A DNA stretch of 63,497 nucleotides, counting the filler, from Licmophora abbreviata (taxonomy: Eukaryota): assembly GCA_900291995.1 (NCBI GenBank). It is 24 parts of 24 records of this genome, joined end to end, with 100 filler letters (N's around TTAATTAATTAA, not from the genome) between each part and the next. Parts side by side here need not be neighbours in the genome. Positions count along the whole stretch, not along the records: positions 46,333 to 47,457 come from OLMU01006108.1; positions 47,558 to 49,131 come from OLMU01006109.1; positions 49,232 to 50,517 come from OLMU01006110.1; positions 50,618 to 53,927 come from OLMU01006112.1; positions 54,028 to 63,497 come from OLMU01006113.1; 19 more parts are not named here. One strand, given 5' to 3'. This document shows, in pieces, positions 46,800 to 58,536 of this stretch. The translations under genes were made by a program, and so were the position numbers. How positions within the stretch are numbered: the first letter of the stretch is position 1; each line of letters starts with the position of its first letter. The notes under the pieces were generated by a model that saw nothing but the letters and a program-made list of their open reading frames with translations, searched no databases and was not told where the DNA came from.

Positions 46800-47197
46800 A
46801 CTAGGAACTTCTTAGAGTCATAATTGTTTTGATGTATCGAGTAGAGTCATACAACTTGAAACTTCAAAGGTTCATGGTCCCTCTAGCTCTGAAATAAAGG
46901 TTATGCTCATGGGATGGAGTGGACGGATGCGATGAGCAAGGTGAAGCCCATCTACGGTGTTATCGATTGATTATGAGATCTACCGGTACAGTCTCACTGT
47001 ACGCATCTGTGTTTCTTTGACTAGAAGAAGAATGTATCTACTCGTACTATAGCAGTGCACCACATTGGATATTTGCGGAAAGAGGACGGACGGCGATGAC
47101 GCACGACGACGACCACCAATTTCGTTGAGAGTTTAGCTTCGTAATCATGACATGCATTTCGATAGACATCATTGCACTCATCGCTCAACATCAGTTC

Positions 47198-47410
47198 ATG
47201 ACCATGACGAAGCTTCTGGCCGCCACACTTTTACTGGCCGTGTCCACGACCGAATCATGGTTGATAGGGAGCGGTCGGCAAGTTCGAAGGCCTCTCACTC
47301 AATTGGATTCGCTTTCCATGTCCACCAACGCCAACATACACGGACAGAATTCTTGCTTTCTTCCGTTGGAGCAGAAAGAGCAGGATTACTACGCTCCACG
47401 AATCATTCAG
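47198..47410 (+). CDS. Exon 1 of a plastid-targeted hypothetical protein (continues at 45123)
   Basis: MTMTKLLAATLLLAVSTTES-W signal peptide + transit-like segment. Ends CAG|GCAAGT (GC donor), in phase 0 with exon 45123. Confidence 0.75.
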
Positions 47411-47557
47411 GCAAGTGCGAGTTTGACAAGCTCCATACATACCCGCTAAAGTGTCCCNNNNNNNNNNNNNNNNNNNNNNNNNNNNNNNNNNNNNNNNNNN
47501 NTTAATTAATTAANNNNNNNNNNNNNNNNNNNNNNNNNNNNNNNNNNNNNNNNNNNN

Positions 47558-48026
47558 GGGCTTTCCTGCCGCTGCAGCTCGTGCGGCGGCTCAGACGATG
47601 AATGCAGCTTCGGGCGCGAATACGGCACAGCCCCCTGTTGCTGGTGCGGCTCCGGCAACTCCGGCTCAGACCCTTCCACCCATGCAGACGGGGGCCACTA
47701 TGCAGGCAATGGCGAACTTTCAGCAAGCGGCAGCTGCTGCCATGCAGTCGGCTATGGGTTTGAACCCTGCCGTCGCGCAAGCCGCTGCGGGTGCGCCAGG
47801 TTCGGCCAATCCTCAACAAACATACAACGACACGTTGAACGCCCTTGCTATACAGCAAGCGCAGTTTGCGTTCCTTCCTCAGGCGGGATTCATGGTACAC
47901 CCAGCCGCGCAGTACTGGCAGCAGCAACAACAACAGCAGCAGGCAGCTGCAGCCGGGGAAGGCGACCAAAACCCGGCGGTCGAGCAGCCAGCCGAGCAGC
48001 AGCAGACGGCGAATGAAGAAGTTTGA
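47558..48026 (+). CDS. Gln/Ala-rich C-terminus of a hypothetical (possibly regulatory) protein
   Basis: Open frame from the gap edge to a stop at 48024-48026 with poly-Q and poly-A tracts. No domain visible. Confidence 0.65.
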
Positions 48027-48353
48027 TTCTTCTGAATTTGGGGGATAACGTTAACAAGTAATGTGTTTTGGATAAATGTAACTCTGAATGAGTGTTGTTC
48101 TCGATAGTATCGGTACCTATATCGTTGTTCCTTTTCTCTCTATCGAGTTGCGTCCGAGCAAATCTTTTGATAGTTTTGAACACTGACGTGGAATGCGAAC
48201 CGCGCCAGTCGAGTTCTTCCTTTTTGATGTCTCACTCGTGGATTACAAGTTATGATGTTCCAGTCGCTTCCTCTCGCTTGAAAATCGGGTGACGACGGGC
48301 ATCTCACAATTTCGTACAGCAAGAATCACAACACATCACCTTCCAAGCTCATC

Positions 48354-49082
48354 ATGGCCATCCGAATATTGAGCAGACGGCGTGCTGCTACCACACCAGT
48401 AGAGCGCACCACCAAGGGAGGGCTCAAGTCTCGGTCGCTCCTCCAAGAAGGCTCCTCAAAGATCAATACGAGCGGCGGCGCCTATATTAGCACCATTCAG
48501 CGAGTTGACCAACGAAGACTGCAGGATGAAAGCGGCAGCAGTAGCAGCAGCGAATCATCCTGGAAGCCTAGCAGCGCTAAGGGCTATCATCGTCATAGCC
48601 CTCTCGTGGCTCGCCAGGTGGATATGCCCAAGTTCAATGGCAAACAAGTCGAGCCAATGGAAGACCAAATGGAGGAGCTCGGCATGATCATGGCGCGCTC
48701 TAGACAGCTTCCTGGAGCGTCATACTACTCTAGCAACCATGTACTTGTAAACAAGGAACGTACCAGACGCGGAATCGCACCGCTGGTTCGCAATGGGGAG
48801 CTGGACGAGCTCGCGCGACAAGTGGCAGCTGGTATGTCAGAGCGACAATCTGTACAACACTCCAACCCCCACGAACTTATGTATGCATTGGGCCGACCAA
48901 GCCGACGTTTGGGTGAGAACGTTGCCAGTGGATCTTCCGTGCGGGACATTCATCGAGGCATGTTGCAGTCTTCTGAGGCTGACAAGAACAACATTTTGGA
49001 TAGACGGTACACCACGATGGGCATGGGCACCGCTCGAGGGCCTGACGGACAACTTTATCTTTGCCAGATCTTCAGAGGATAG
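48354..49082 (+). CDS. CAP/SCP-like domain protein, no signal peptide
   Basis: LVNKER..RGI.PL.R..ELD.LA...A..M, HS, GENVA.G, NILD.RY..MG.G.A....G.LYLCQIF. Confidence 0.85.
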   Translation: MAIRILSRRRAATTPVERTTKGGLKSRSLLQEGSSKINTSGGAYISTIQRVDQRRLQDESGSSSSSESSWKPSSAKGYHRHSPLVARQVDMPKFNGKQVEPMEDQMEELGMIMARSRQLPGASYYSSNHVLVNKERTRRGIAPLVRNGELDELARQVAAGMSERQSVQHSNPHELMYALGRPSRRLGENVASGSSVRDIHRGMLQSSEADKNNILDRRYTTMGMGTARGPDGQLYLCQIFRG

Positions 49083-49231
49083 ACATGATTGTCTCTTGTA
49101 AACTTATAATATGCTAGTATCTGACACTTCTNNNNNNNNNNNNNNNNNNNNNNNNNNNNNNNNNNNNNNNNNNNNTTAATTAATTAANNNNNNNNNNNNN
49201 NNNNNNNNNNNNNNNNNNNNNNNNNNNNNNN

Positions 49232-50517
49232 ATCGACTGGGTGCATGGTATCGACCCGTCGCAGAGTATGCGTGACAGCGCCGCCATTATTCTGAAGGCC
49301 GTTTCCTCTGATCGATCCTCGCCTACACGTGTGACGCTTAGTGGAAGCTTATCGACACAGAAAAGTGAAGCATCTTTGGGTGGATTTGATCTCGCCCTTT
49401 TCTCCTACACTGCCATGGAACTCCCACACGTTGCGTCGACTGTGAGCGCCGCCGCCATCCTGTGGGAAAAGTTAAAACCCAATGGCCTCTTTGTCATGAT
49501 TGAACCCGGAACCCCGGATGGTTTCAACTCAATCCGTACGGTCCGGAGTATGCTCTTGGATTGCTGTCCGCCTGGACGTGCTGAGAATGCGGGGGATGAC
49601 CAGTGTCACGTGATTGCCCCGTGTACTCACAATGGCGAGTGCCCAATGGAACGACATCGACGACGACCAAGGCGAACCTCCACTACCGCCAATACCGATT
49701 CCGTCGACGAGGATATTGACGAATTTGCAGGAGACTTTGAAAATTTTATGGATGGCGACTTTGACGACGACGGTGAATTGATGGACGATGAAGACGACTA
49801 TGATCTCAATGAGCAGGTTGGCCATTTAGCGACCGACGAAACGGAGCCAACGACAAGATCATCTTCGAAGTCATCAGAGACGGACGTCTTTGACAATGCG
49901 TACTGTAGTTTTGTTCACACCATGCCCGGTGGTAGTAGACGGAGCAAGGGTGAGAAGTTTTCGTATTTCGTGGCGCAGAAGCGAATCGTTGGCGACCCTG
50001 AAACTGACGAGGATCTTTGTGACAGGATTCACAATCCATTTCACGGCACGCGTGTCACCGACCTACTCAAGACAACCTTTCAAGAGGTTGATTCACAGAA
50101 ACTGGCGCGAAAGAGGAGGCGAGACAATATTGGCTCTGGTGACCATGTCGATTTGCTTGAGGCAGTCGGCAGCCTCCAATCTGAGTTTATTGAATCCGAA
50201 GACGACCTCGGTTTGGATTTAATTCAAGGAGATATGAACCGAAAGACCTTCGGCCGGCTGATTCGTGCGCCAATCAAGAATCGAGGTCATGTCTTGCTCG
50301 ACTACTGCTGTGGTGCAGACAAAGCGGAAGAAAAAGGCAGGATCGTACGCCATCGAGTTAGCAAGGGTCGTAGCGCACGGGTGGCACCGGGGCTCTTTGC
50401 GGCAGCCCGCAAGGCGCGTTGGGGAGGATTATGGCCTGATGTTATGGAGAAGGCACAAATCGACGAAGATAGCAGCGTCGATGAAGACGACAAAGCGAAC
50501 GAGATCGGACTCGAGCA
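49232..50517 (+). CDS. RSM22: Mitoribosome small-subunit factor Rsm22/METTL17 (partial)
   Basis: IEPGTPDGF..I...R..LL, HVIAPCTH.G.CP, CSF, EKFSY, RLIRAP.K.RGHVLLD.C, ARKARWG.LWP. Confidence 0.88.
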
Positions 50518-52279
50518 NNNNNNNNNNNNNNNNNNNNNNNNNNNNNNNNNNNNNNNNNNNNTTAATTAATTAANNNNNNNNNNNNNNNNNNNNNNNNNNN
50601 NNNNNNNNNNNNNNNNNTTCATCACATATGATAGGAATAATGTACAATAGTGTACTCTCAACGACGGTGTACTCTGTATGAACCAAGGAATCATACATGG
50701 AAAAATAAAGTACATGGTCGAGAAAGCGTCCGAGATGTTTTTAGCCCTGCACCCTTTCGGTCAATCATGGGATCAACAAAGGAGCTCTTGGCTGGTGGCG
50801 ATTTAGTCGAGGGCGGTCAGTGACTGACGGGATCGAGAAATTGGCGTGACTCACATGACAACCCCTGACAGCCGACATCGAGACGAGACTGACGTGAATC
50901 ACGACGATAGCTATCGTCAAGTGATTGCGTGAAGGAGGACATCATAGCCATGGGGTCTGACTACTACTACTACTTTCACCCATTAGGTGTTAGCCACAAG
51001 GAAGATCTCTTGACAAAAAAGACCTTGGTGTGAGCGGCGTGTCTTGGTCCATCAATCAGTCGGTCTTATACTATCACAACGTGATGGACGGTATTGGCTG
51101 GAGGACTCGAGTGAGAAATGCCGCGTGATCGATGGCGTTGTGGGACTGATGCGACTCATTGCTTCGGATGATGGGGGTTCCTTGAGTGCGTGGTGATTGA
51201 GCGAGCGACGGCGTGGAATGCTTATTTTGATGCGGGTTCCTGGCTGGCGGCCAGCCTCCAGTACTAGGTACGAATGGATGATGCGTGCGTGTTGATGGTG
51301 AGAATTTGAGGTGCTGCGTCTCAATGTCTTCGCCGGTGAAACTTGGATAGCTTGTTGTTTCTTTGATTGGAGCGACGACTGATGGTGGCTGCTGAGTCTG
51401 GTGGTTAGAGCAAACAAGATTCAGACAGCCAGAGTGAGTGAGAATGGCACCGGGCACAGAAACGAGTTGAGCAGATTTTCACGTCGTAGGTACTTACAAC
51501 CACCGCTTTGGTGTATTCGAGGCCAGCATGCTGAAACAACACGCGAAGGACGTGACGACACGATAGACCACCCCAGCACTTTGGAAATGGACACGAGCAA
51601 GAGTTCAGAGTCACAATGTGCTCTTTGCATCCATACTCTCGAATCCCATGGTCGACCTCTCGAACTGCATCCTGGTGGGCTCTATCGCCATGGTCCTCTA
51701 CAAAGTCGGATTATGTCTGTCTCGTCGAGCCACGACGGGATACTCGATACTGTTCTTCGCCCAAATCAACGCAATCATGAGTATAATCTGCGAACCTTGC
51801 ACTTGCACAATTCGGGCTGAAATCGGGAGAGCGCCGTCTTACCTGAATGAACGATATCAGATATTAGACAAGGGTCTAAAGATAGTGGTTAGTGGTATTG
51901 CGATAAACGTAGCGTTTTAAACTCTAGATTGTGATAGAGTGGTCGTACGACAAAGTCTCTGGCTGGCACCCCAGACTTTTTGCCAAATGCCAGAAATGAC
52001 CCCCGGTCCCGGGTCATATTCCCACTTTGCACAAGATAAAAGTATTTAGTATCGTACGAAATCTGTGCCTGAAATTATTTTTAGACTGCATCCGGACGTT
52101 GAATGTGCCAGGTATATATCGTATATACCAGTCAGTTCACGCGTGTCTGTGGTCGATCACGAGTCCATGTCAACTCAGGCACATGTATTATATGCACAGC
52201 CCGCAAGGCCTTGTCTCGGCACTGTTGAGCTTCATCCCTTGGTTTCCATCCATGGACTAGTAGTACTGTTGCAGTCAAG

Positions 52280-54747
52280 ATGAGAAAGCAGATCCGGCTC
52301 TTGTTCGCATCCCTTGCGGTCTTTTCAGGTTTGAGGGGCTTTGCAGTGATGAAACTGTATTTAGACGATCAAGGGATGATGGCGTTTGGATCGGATATCA
52401 GTGAGATCTCTCTACTCGCTAGTAGGCACAACGTCTCTCGCCTGGAGAAAGAACAAGCTGCAACGCCTGCGACAGACGTGAACGATGGTGCTTTCCTCGC
52501 TTCCGAGCCAGTTGCGGCGAGACCAGGACGCGGTGCTAGTGCTGATTTGAGCATTGTACTGGTTCGATCGATTGGCAATCCTCTCCCTCCGAGACACGAT
52601 TCCGAGCAAGCGATCCGAAGTTTGAACTTCACTCTCTGCCACGAACAGAAGTTCCTATTCTCACAGCGGCACTGGGTGCTGAATCGGCTTGTCAACAGCA
52701 GCCTGGAAAGCAAACTCACCGCAATGCTTGACGACCACGGAGAGAACTACACTATCATCCCATTTGATCTCGAGAAATACAGCGAAATTCCATTGGTCTT
52801 CCCAGTCGTTGAGAAGGTCAAGGATGTCATTCACTCCACCTGGTATCAGAACCTGACCAATCCATTTCAGAGATCATGCATCGATGGCGCCATGCACCAT
52901 GATCGAGTTTTGTACGCCACCAACGTAAATGAAGCTCGGAACCAGATGGTTGAAATTGGTCTCTCTTTGTATAATGCAGACTGGGTCTTCCCTCTTGACG
53001 GAAACTGCTTCTTCACTCCTGAGGGGTACAGCAACATTCTGCGTGTCCTTCAACGGCTTCGTCATATTCCGTCAGATCGATCCAGCAACAAATATGTTAC
53101 TGTGCCGATGGTACGACTCACAGAGCCCAATGAAGTTCTGCTTGATGGACCGCGGAACGATGCAGCCGAGGCAGTGGAAGAACCGCAAGTCATTTTTCAT
53201 AGAACTTCCAATGCAAGGTTCCATCCTCGTCTCAGATACGGACGAGCGAACAAGTTGGAAATGTTGAAGCGGCTTCGAGTTCCTGGACAGTGGGATGTTT
53301 GGATCCCTTACCCCAAGGCACCCCTGCCGTGGGATCTAGAGGGCCTTGATCCTCCATTCATGCAACCAATCAGTGACTTGCACCCGAATGCTTCCGTATT
53401 GTCGGCCGGTTGGGTGTACAGATTGTTCTCTGGCAATGCCGAAATTGAGAAGCAAGGGGCTTCCCAGAATCGATCAAGTGCGCGAGAGATGGCACGCTTC
53501 TTGTTTCTTGGTGATCTGGACTCCCGTGTTGTCAAGAGTATTTACAACTTCTCGGAAGAGAGATTACTGTACTATGACGATCAGCAACTGCGAGAGCAGG
53601 CCCGAAACTATCAGCAGTCGCTATCCAGCAAGACGGCACTGCTCCAACGAGCAGACGAAGTCGTAGCAAGTCTCAGCTTCAGTGCTAAACCAAGAAACGG
53701 TTGCAACCAGACGGAGCTGTCAATAATGCAAACCGACGTCACTGAGTTGGCACTTGCCCATCGGTTCTCTATGGAAGAACAGTATGGTCAACTGGGTGCT
53801 CAGATAGTACGAACGTGGTTCTTGAACGAAACGTCTCGACTTAGACCCGATTTTCAGAGATCTTGTGGCGGAATCGGTCCCTCGAACTTTCCGGCAACGA
53901 TGAATGGTCTGTTTTATATGCTAGATGNNNNNNNNNNNNNNNNNNNNNNNNNNNNNNNNNNNNNNNNNNNNTTAATTAATTAANNNNNNNNNNNNNNNNN
54001 NNNNNNNNNNNNNNNNNNNNNNNNNNNTTTTATATGCTAGATGCCATTCGATTGCTACATGGTGCATCATATTTGACCAAATACGAGCTACAGAAGATAA
54101 GAAGTTGGTTTCAAATGTACATGGATGTAGCAGCGAACTCTCAAGATTTTTTTGCGACGAATCACCGAGGAGTCTTTTATGATATCCAGATGGTCGCCAT
54201 CTCTTCCTTCCTGGGAAAATTTGATAGTCTTGTTTGGTTCTTGGATACGTCTTTGTCTCGCTTGCAGGTTCAGCTGCGTGAAGATGGAGCGATGGTGCAC
54301 GAGCTCGAGTCTGCTTCATATTGCGAAAGGAATCAAATCAACGCACTTCAAGCTTGGTCAGTCATGGCCCATATCGCATCCCAATTCGGTCGCAACCTAT
54401 GGCAGACCTTCGTTGTGCCATACAAAGGACTGAAGATGCCAGCTCTGTGTGCTGCCTCTCATTATGCTGTCCCATTCTTTCGAGATCGAAAAGTGTGCTC
54501 ATCTGAGGCACTCGCGAGTATCCAGGACTGGAAGAGTCCATGGCTTGAGGCCAAGGAACACTGTCCTCTATTGAAAGACCAGTCTTTGAGCAACAGTAGC
54601 TGGTTGAATGAGATGCAGAGCAACCACTCGAGAACGCAGCATGTTCCAGAAGGGGAGAGTGTGACCAGAAGCCATCGTCGATCGTTTGATTGGTTTGCGC
54701 CTTTTGCTCACCTGGCTTTGGGTGCCTCTGCTGAGCAGTACATCTAG
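52280..54747 (+). CDS. Type-II membrane protein: glycosyltransferase-like domain fused to alginate-lyase-like domain (~783 aa once the false gap is closed)
   Basis: N-terminal hydrophobic anchor. RSIGN.LPPRH, WVLNR, N.NEARN, WVFPLDGNCF, EEPQVIF, YGR..K.E.L.RL, AGWV.RL.SG, then LALA..F..E..Y...GA..VRTWFL, LDA..LL, WF..Y, TNH.G.FYD.Q. The gap flanks share TTTTATATGCTAGATG. Confidence 0.72.
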
Positions 54748-54913
54748 TCGAACGCAGTTCTTTTGTACTGTTATTCTTCATGAAGGTCTCTGGGAGCCAG
54801 AAGTTTGAACCCTTGATTAAAGAGATGCGCGTCTTTATTCGCACCATTCGACTGCAGGTACCAGGTACAAGTACCGTAGAAGACTTTAGCTAACGGCGTT
54901 GTTCGAATATCAA

Positions 54914-57900
54914 TTAGAACGTATTGAGTCGCGCTTCATCCTGCACATCGAAACTAGAGAGTTCCTGTATCATTTCATCTAGCATCGGCTCTACGCGGTT
55001 CCTCGTCATCTGCTGTCCTGCTGCAACTCTCGTACACACAACCTTTGCCGTCGGTTGTTGACCGATCGAAACGTCCAGCAGTAGTTCCAGGTCCTCCGCA
55101 CATGAGTGGCACTCGGCATTATCAAGTGGCAAACCACCAACGACCCTTTTGGCGTCGACAATCCAAGATTTCAGACTGGAAGCGAGCTCAGCCAGAGCCC
55201 CTGCACTTGCTTTCGTGTTGCGCTTTCGCTTTCCCCAGCCGAAAGTGGCAAGCAGGTTGCCAGTCATTCGTACAACGACAAACAAAGGTACCAGCGACTC
55301 CGGCAGCAGCTGACAGATGGAGCGCACTGTCTCAATGGGATATTTCTCAATGAAGAGTCCTATCCTAACGGTTGCCGACCGTATCATTTCTTCGGCTCGC
55401 TCATCACGGGCTGCGACGCTGTCCTCGTTTGACAGTCTGGGCAAGCCAGAGCTGACATACACGAGAGTACGACAAAGTATCAGCATGACACGTAGTATGT
55501 CCGCCGTTCGGTTCTCAACGAAGTCGTTCTGAATGTAGATAGCAGTTTCCGAAACAGCTTGCAACAAGCTCGTGCATCGTTTTTTCAATACGTCAGTTGG
55601 TTTTGTCAGCTTGCCCTTTTTTGAACCTCTGGCCGCATCTTGACAAAGTGCCGCTCGAAGTAATAGGCTGTGCACATGACCGCTCCTTGTTGTATCTTGG
55701 ACGACTCGCTCCTTCGAAGAAACCTCCGTACGGAATAGAATTCCGTAATCTAGCACAGATAAGTCTCGGTTGTCCGAGAAGGATCTGCATGGTGGCACCA
55801 ACGACGCGAGAGGTATTAGGTTCGGCGCTGCGAGAGGATTGTGCGCCTCCTTCGCCATTTGCGTGGCCCGCTCCATATCAGAATCCATCCCCACAATGCC
55901 GTGCTGGAGGCCCAAGCATGGTGAACGCTGACCGCCTTCAACCATCAGCAGCGGGGAGCAGTCCATAATGCGACTCTTGGCATCCAGAAGCGTCAAGCTG
56001 CGGCTCATGCGTTCTCTTTGAAAGACAAGGAACTCGTGGGCCTTGGAAAGAGAACTGATCTCCATAGCACGAGCGCAGTATCGAGCACTATCCTGTTCCG
56101 TAACTGCATGAAACTTCAGTATGCTACTGCTGACAGAGACCGCTTCGCGAAATAACCCCGTCTCTGCGAGCATCGGTATAATCAAGTACGAACACGAATC
56201 CAGCTGGATGTGTTTGATCCCAAGCGACTTGAATAGCTCCCAAAGCCGATGTGATGCGGAGAGCCGAGCATACACGTCCATGGCAAACATCTTGAGGTAA
56301 GCATTTTGAGGCGATTTTACGAGCGCCGTCTCTAGCAAGACAGCAGCCGTGAGCAGCTGCTCTTGACTCGATGAAGTATACAAGAGGCTCTGCACGGCCA
56401 GCAATAAGATCTCATCACCAGGTTGATTCTCTTTCTGAAGCGGCACGTTCTCGGTAGCATTGTCAACTTGCACGCATGATTCATGCCCTTCGGTCCATTC
56501 CCTTACAAGCCCCCTCCAATCGGGAAGCCACTGACTGTCCTGGGTCGTGGCGACAACTTGGCAGAGCACTTTGATGGCAAAAATGTACACTCGCAACTCG
56601 GTTCGGTCTGTGGGACGGTGGTTCGACGCAAGTTGGCTTGCCCATTCTGCCAACTTTGTCGCATCGCCTCCTTTAGAAAGGTATAGGTTGAGATAGGGCT
56701 TTAGGTCGGAATATGCGCAGGATGTATGCGACGCAAACACGTCAGCAAACGACACAAGGGCATCATACAGCTCTGAAGCATCGTCATCACTACTAGCACG
56801 TAGTCGCATCGCTGCCAACTCACAGGAAATAAGCCGACGAGAACGGGACGGATGTCGCGAGAAGTTGGGATCCTCTTGCTGCTGTTCCACGATTTGATCC
56901 GCAACGCGCTGAGACACCTGGATCGCGTGTTCAACTCCCTCGTGTTTGCTCGCACAACTTAGTAGCTGTTTCCAATAGCTCCATTGGTCGATATGATGTG
57001 CTTGTAGCAACAATTGTTGATACACCCCCTGTGCCTTTTCATAGTTCTGTAGCTGGATCCAAACTTGTGCTTGACGTTCCCACCACACAGTATCATCCCG
57101 AGGTGGTCCCACATCATTGGCACCACTAGTAATACCTTCATCATCACTCTCGCATTGTTGTTTCAAGCATTCCAACATCTCTTCGTACTTTTCCTGCCGT
57201 TCCAGCGTCTTTAAATACAAACGAACAAACTCCGGATTGTTTGCTGTATCGTCATTCGTATTATTTTGTAACAACTTGCCACTCAGGGACTCTGCCAACC
57301 GCGGCAACAGCTGCAGTCGTTTCGGGTCGTTCGTCAAAGAAGCTTCATCTGTATCCAACTGATGCAGCTGCCACAAGGCACACTGAGCTGCCCAGGACGT
57401 ATCAAAGCCATCACTATGACTCCTTGCCAGTTGCATGGCAGCGACTTGCATGTGTGATAAGACAGTGGTGGACTCCATCGTGTCGTTGATGGTACAGACA
57501 GGAGCAGTACACAGGGCGTGCAGTCCGGTGGAGATGACTTTGCAGAGTACATGTTTCAGTGATTCCTTGTCTAACGACGGCTCGGGTGTTAGCATGGAGG
57601 CCCAAAGATAGAGTTGAAAGGCAGTGAGGGGCAACCTGAGTCCATGTAGTGTGATACAGAGTGTATCGAGTGTCGTCGTGTCGGTTGTGAAAGCGTAATT
57701 CGTGGGGAGGGTATCCCAGTCCTTGGGGAGGACGAGTCGACTCTGTTCCAGAGCGTCCAGAACATCAAGAGAAGAGAGGGGCGATGGTAGAGTGCCAATG
57801 GAAGCACCGGAGAGAGAGGCAGCAGTGGTGGAAGTAGAGCTGCTGCTGGCTTTGGTGTTTTTTCTCTTGCCCTTTCGTCGACCCCCCGAGGGTTGTTCGA

Positions 57901-58222
57901 TCGCAGTTGGAGCGCCAGTTGTAGTACTTTTTGTGCCTTCTGCTCCCAGCTGATGTCGTTGCAAATGAAAGAGCAATTCTGGAAAACAAGTAGTCGTGTC
58001 ACCCTCACTACTATAAGAAGTATTACTAGTAGTACCAAGCAGCTGTTGCAGAACAAACAGAGCCTTCGATGGCTGCCCATTCTTGTGGTAGGCGTGCGCC
58101 AACAGCGCTTGACTGAGTGAATTTTGGTGGGGCAGAGCCAGACAGAGTTTGATGGCCCGGGAGTACTGATGCGCGTCCAGAGCGACATAGACGGGGTGGA
58201 GCTTGACGGTGGCTGTGCTCAT
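54914..58222 (-). CDS. NAA25: NatB auxiliary subunit (NAA25/MDM20)
   Basis: L.PVY.ALD..QY..AIKLC, DQWSYW, CAYSDLKPYL, LLE.AL.KSP.N...K, F..LGIKHIQLDS.SY. Intronless, ~1100 aa. Confidence 0.85.
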   Translation of the reverse strand: MSTATVKLHPVYVALDAHQYSRAIKLCLALPHQNSLSQALLAHAYHKNGQPSKALFVLQQLLGTTSNTSYSSEGDTTTCFPELLFHLQRHQLGAEGTKSTTTGAPTAIEQPSGGRRKGKRKNTKASSSSTSTTAASLSGASIGTLPSPLSSLDVLDALEQSRLVLPKDWDTLPTNYAFTTDTTTLDTLCITLHGLRLPLTAFQLYLWASMLTPEPSLDKESLKHVLCKVISTGLHALCTAPVCTINDTMESTTVLSHMQVAAMQLARSHSDGFDTSWAAQCALWQLHQLDTDEASLTNDPKRLQLLPRLAESLSGKLLQNNTNDDTANNPEFVRLYLKTLERQEKYEEMLECLKQQCESDDEGITSGANDVGPPRDDTVWWERQAQVWIQLQNYEKAQGVYQQLLLQAHHIDQWSYWKQLLSCASKHEGVEHAIQVSQRVADQIVEQQQEDPNFSRHPSRSRRLISCELAAMRLRASSDDDASELYDALVSFADVFASHTSCAYSDLKPYLNLYLSKGGDATKLAEWASQLASNHRPTDRTELRVYIFAIKVLCQVVATTQDSQWLPDWRGLVREWTEGHESCVQVDNATENVPLQKENQPGDEILLLAVQSLLYTSSSQEQLLTAAVLLETALVKSPQNAYLKMFAMDVYARLSASHRLWELFKSLGIKHIQLDSCSYLIIPMLAETGLFREAVSVSSSILKFHAVTEQDSARYCARAMEISSLSKAHEFLVFQRERMSRSLTLLDAKSRIMDCSPLLMVEGGQRSPCLGLQHGIVGMDSDMERATQMAKEAHNPLAAPNLIPLASLVPPCRSFSDNRDLSVLDYGILFRTEVSSKERVVQDTTRSGHVHSLLLRAALCQDAARGSKKGKLTKPTDVLKKRCTSLLQAVSETAIYIQNDFVENRTADILRVMLILCRTLVYVSSGLPRLSNEDSVAARDERAEEMIRSATVRIGLFIEKYPIETVRSICQLLPESLVPLFVVVRMTGNLLATFGWGKRKRNTKASAGALAELASSLKSWIVDAKRVVGGLPLDNAECHSCAEDLELLLDVSIGQQPTAKVVCTRVAAGQQMTRNRVEPMLDEMIQELSSFDVQDEARLNTF

Positions 58223-58536
58223 TCTGTTTTTGGTTGTATTGTGCTGTTGTTGATTGTACTTGTGGTTGTTGGAGGACAAGGGCAACTGTGATGGCGGAAA
58301 GGAAGAAGCAAGTTCAAAGTTGTTGTTGTTGCCGTCGTGTGGCCGACTCGACTAACTCCTCAGGATCCAATTGCGCACGTCGTACGGCAGACAGACGTCG
58401 TATCTTTTTTCGGTTGAAGTGTTCGGATCTTTCGGTGTCACGATGATATCCTTGTTTCATCAAGTTTACTCGTACTTCACACTGCGCATCACTCCTTTCA
58501 TCGATTATTATACTCTTGTTGCTTGCGTTCGTAAAG

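Noticed and set aside
50618..52279. 1.6-kb stretch with several 70-140 aa ORFs
   Set aside because: I could see no motif, consistent splice pattern, terminal repeats or RNA structure, so it is left unannotated.
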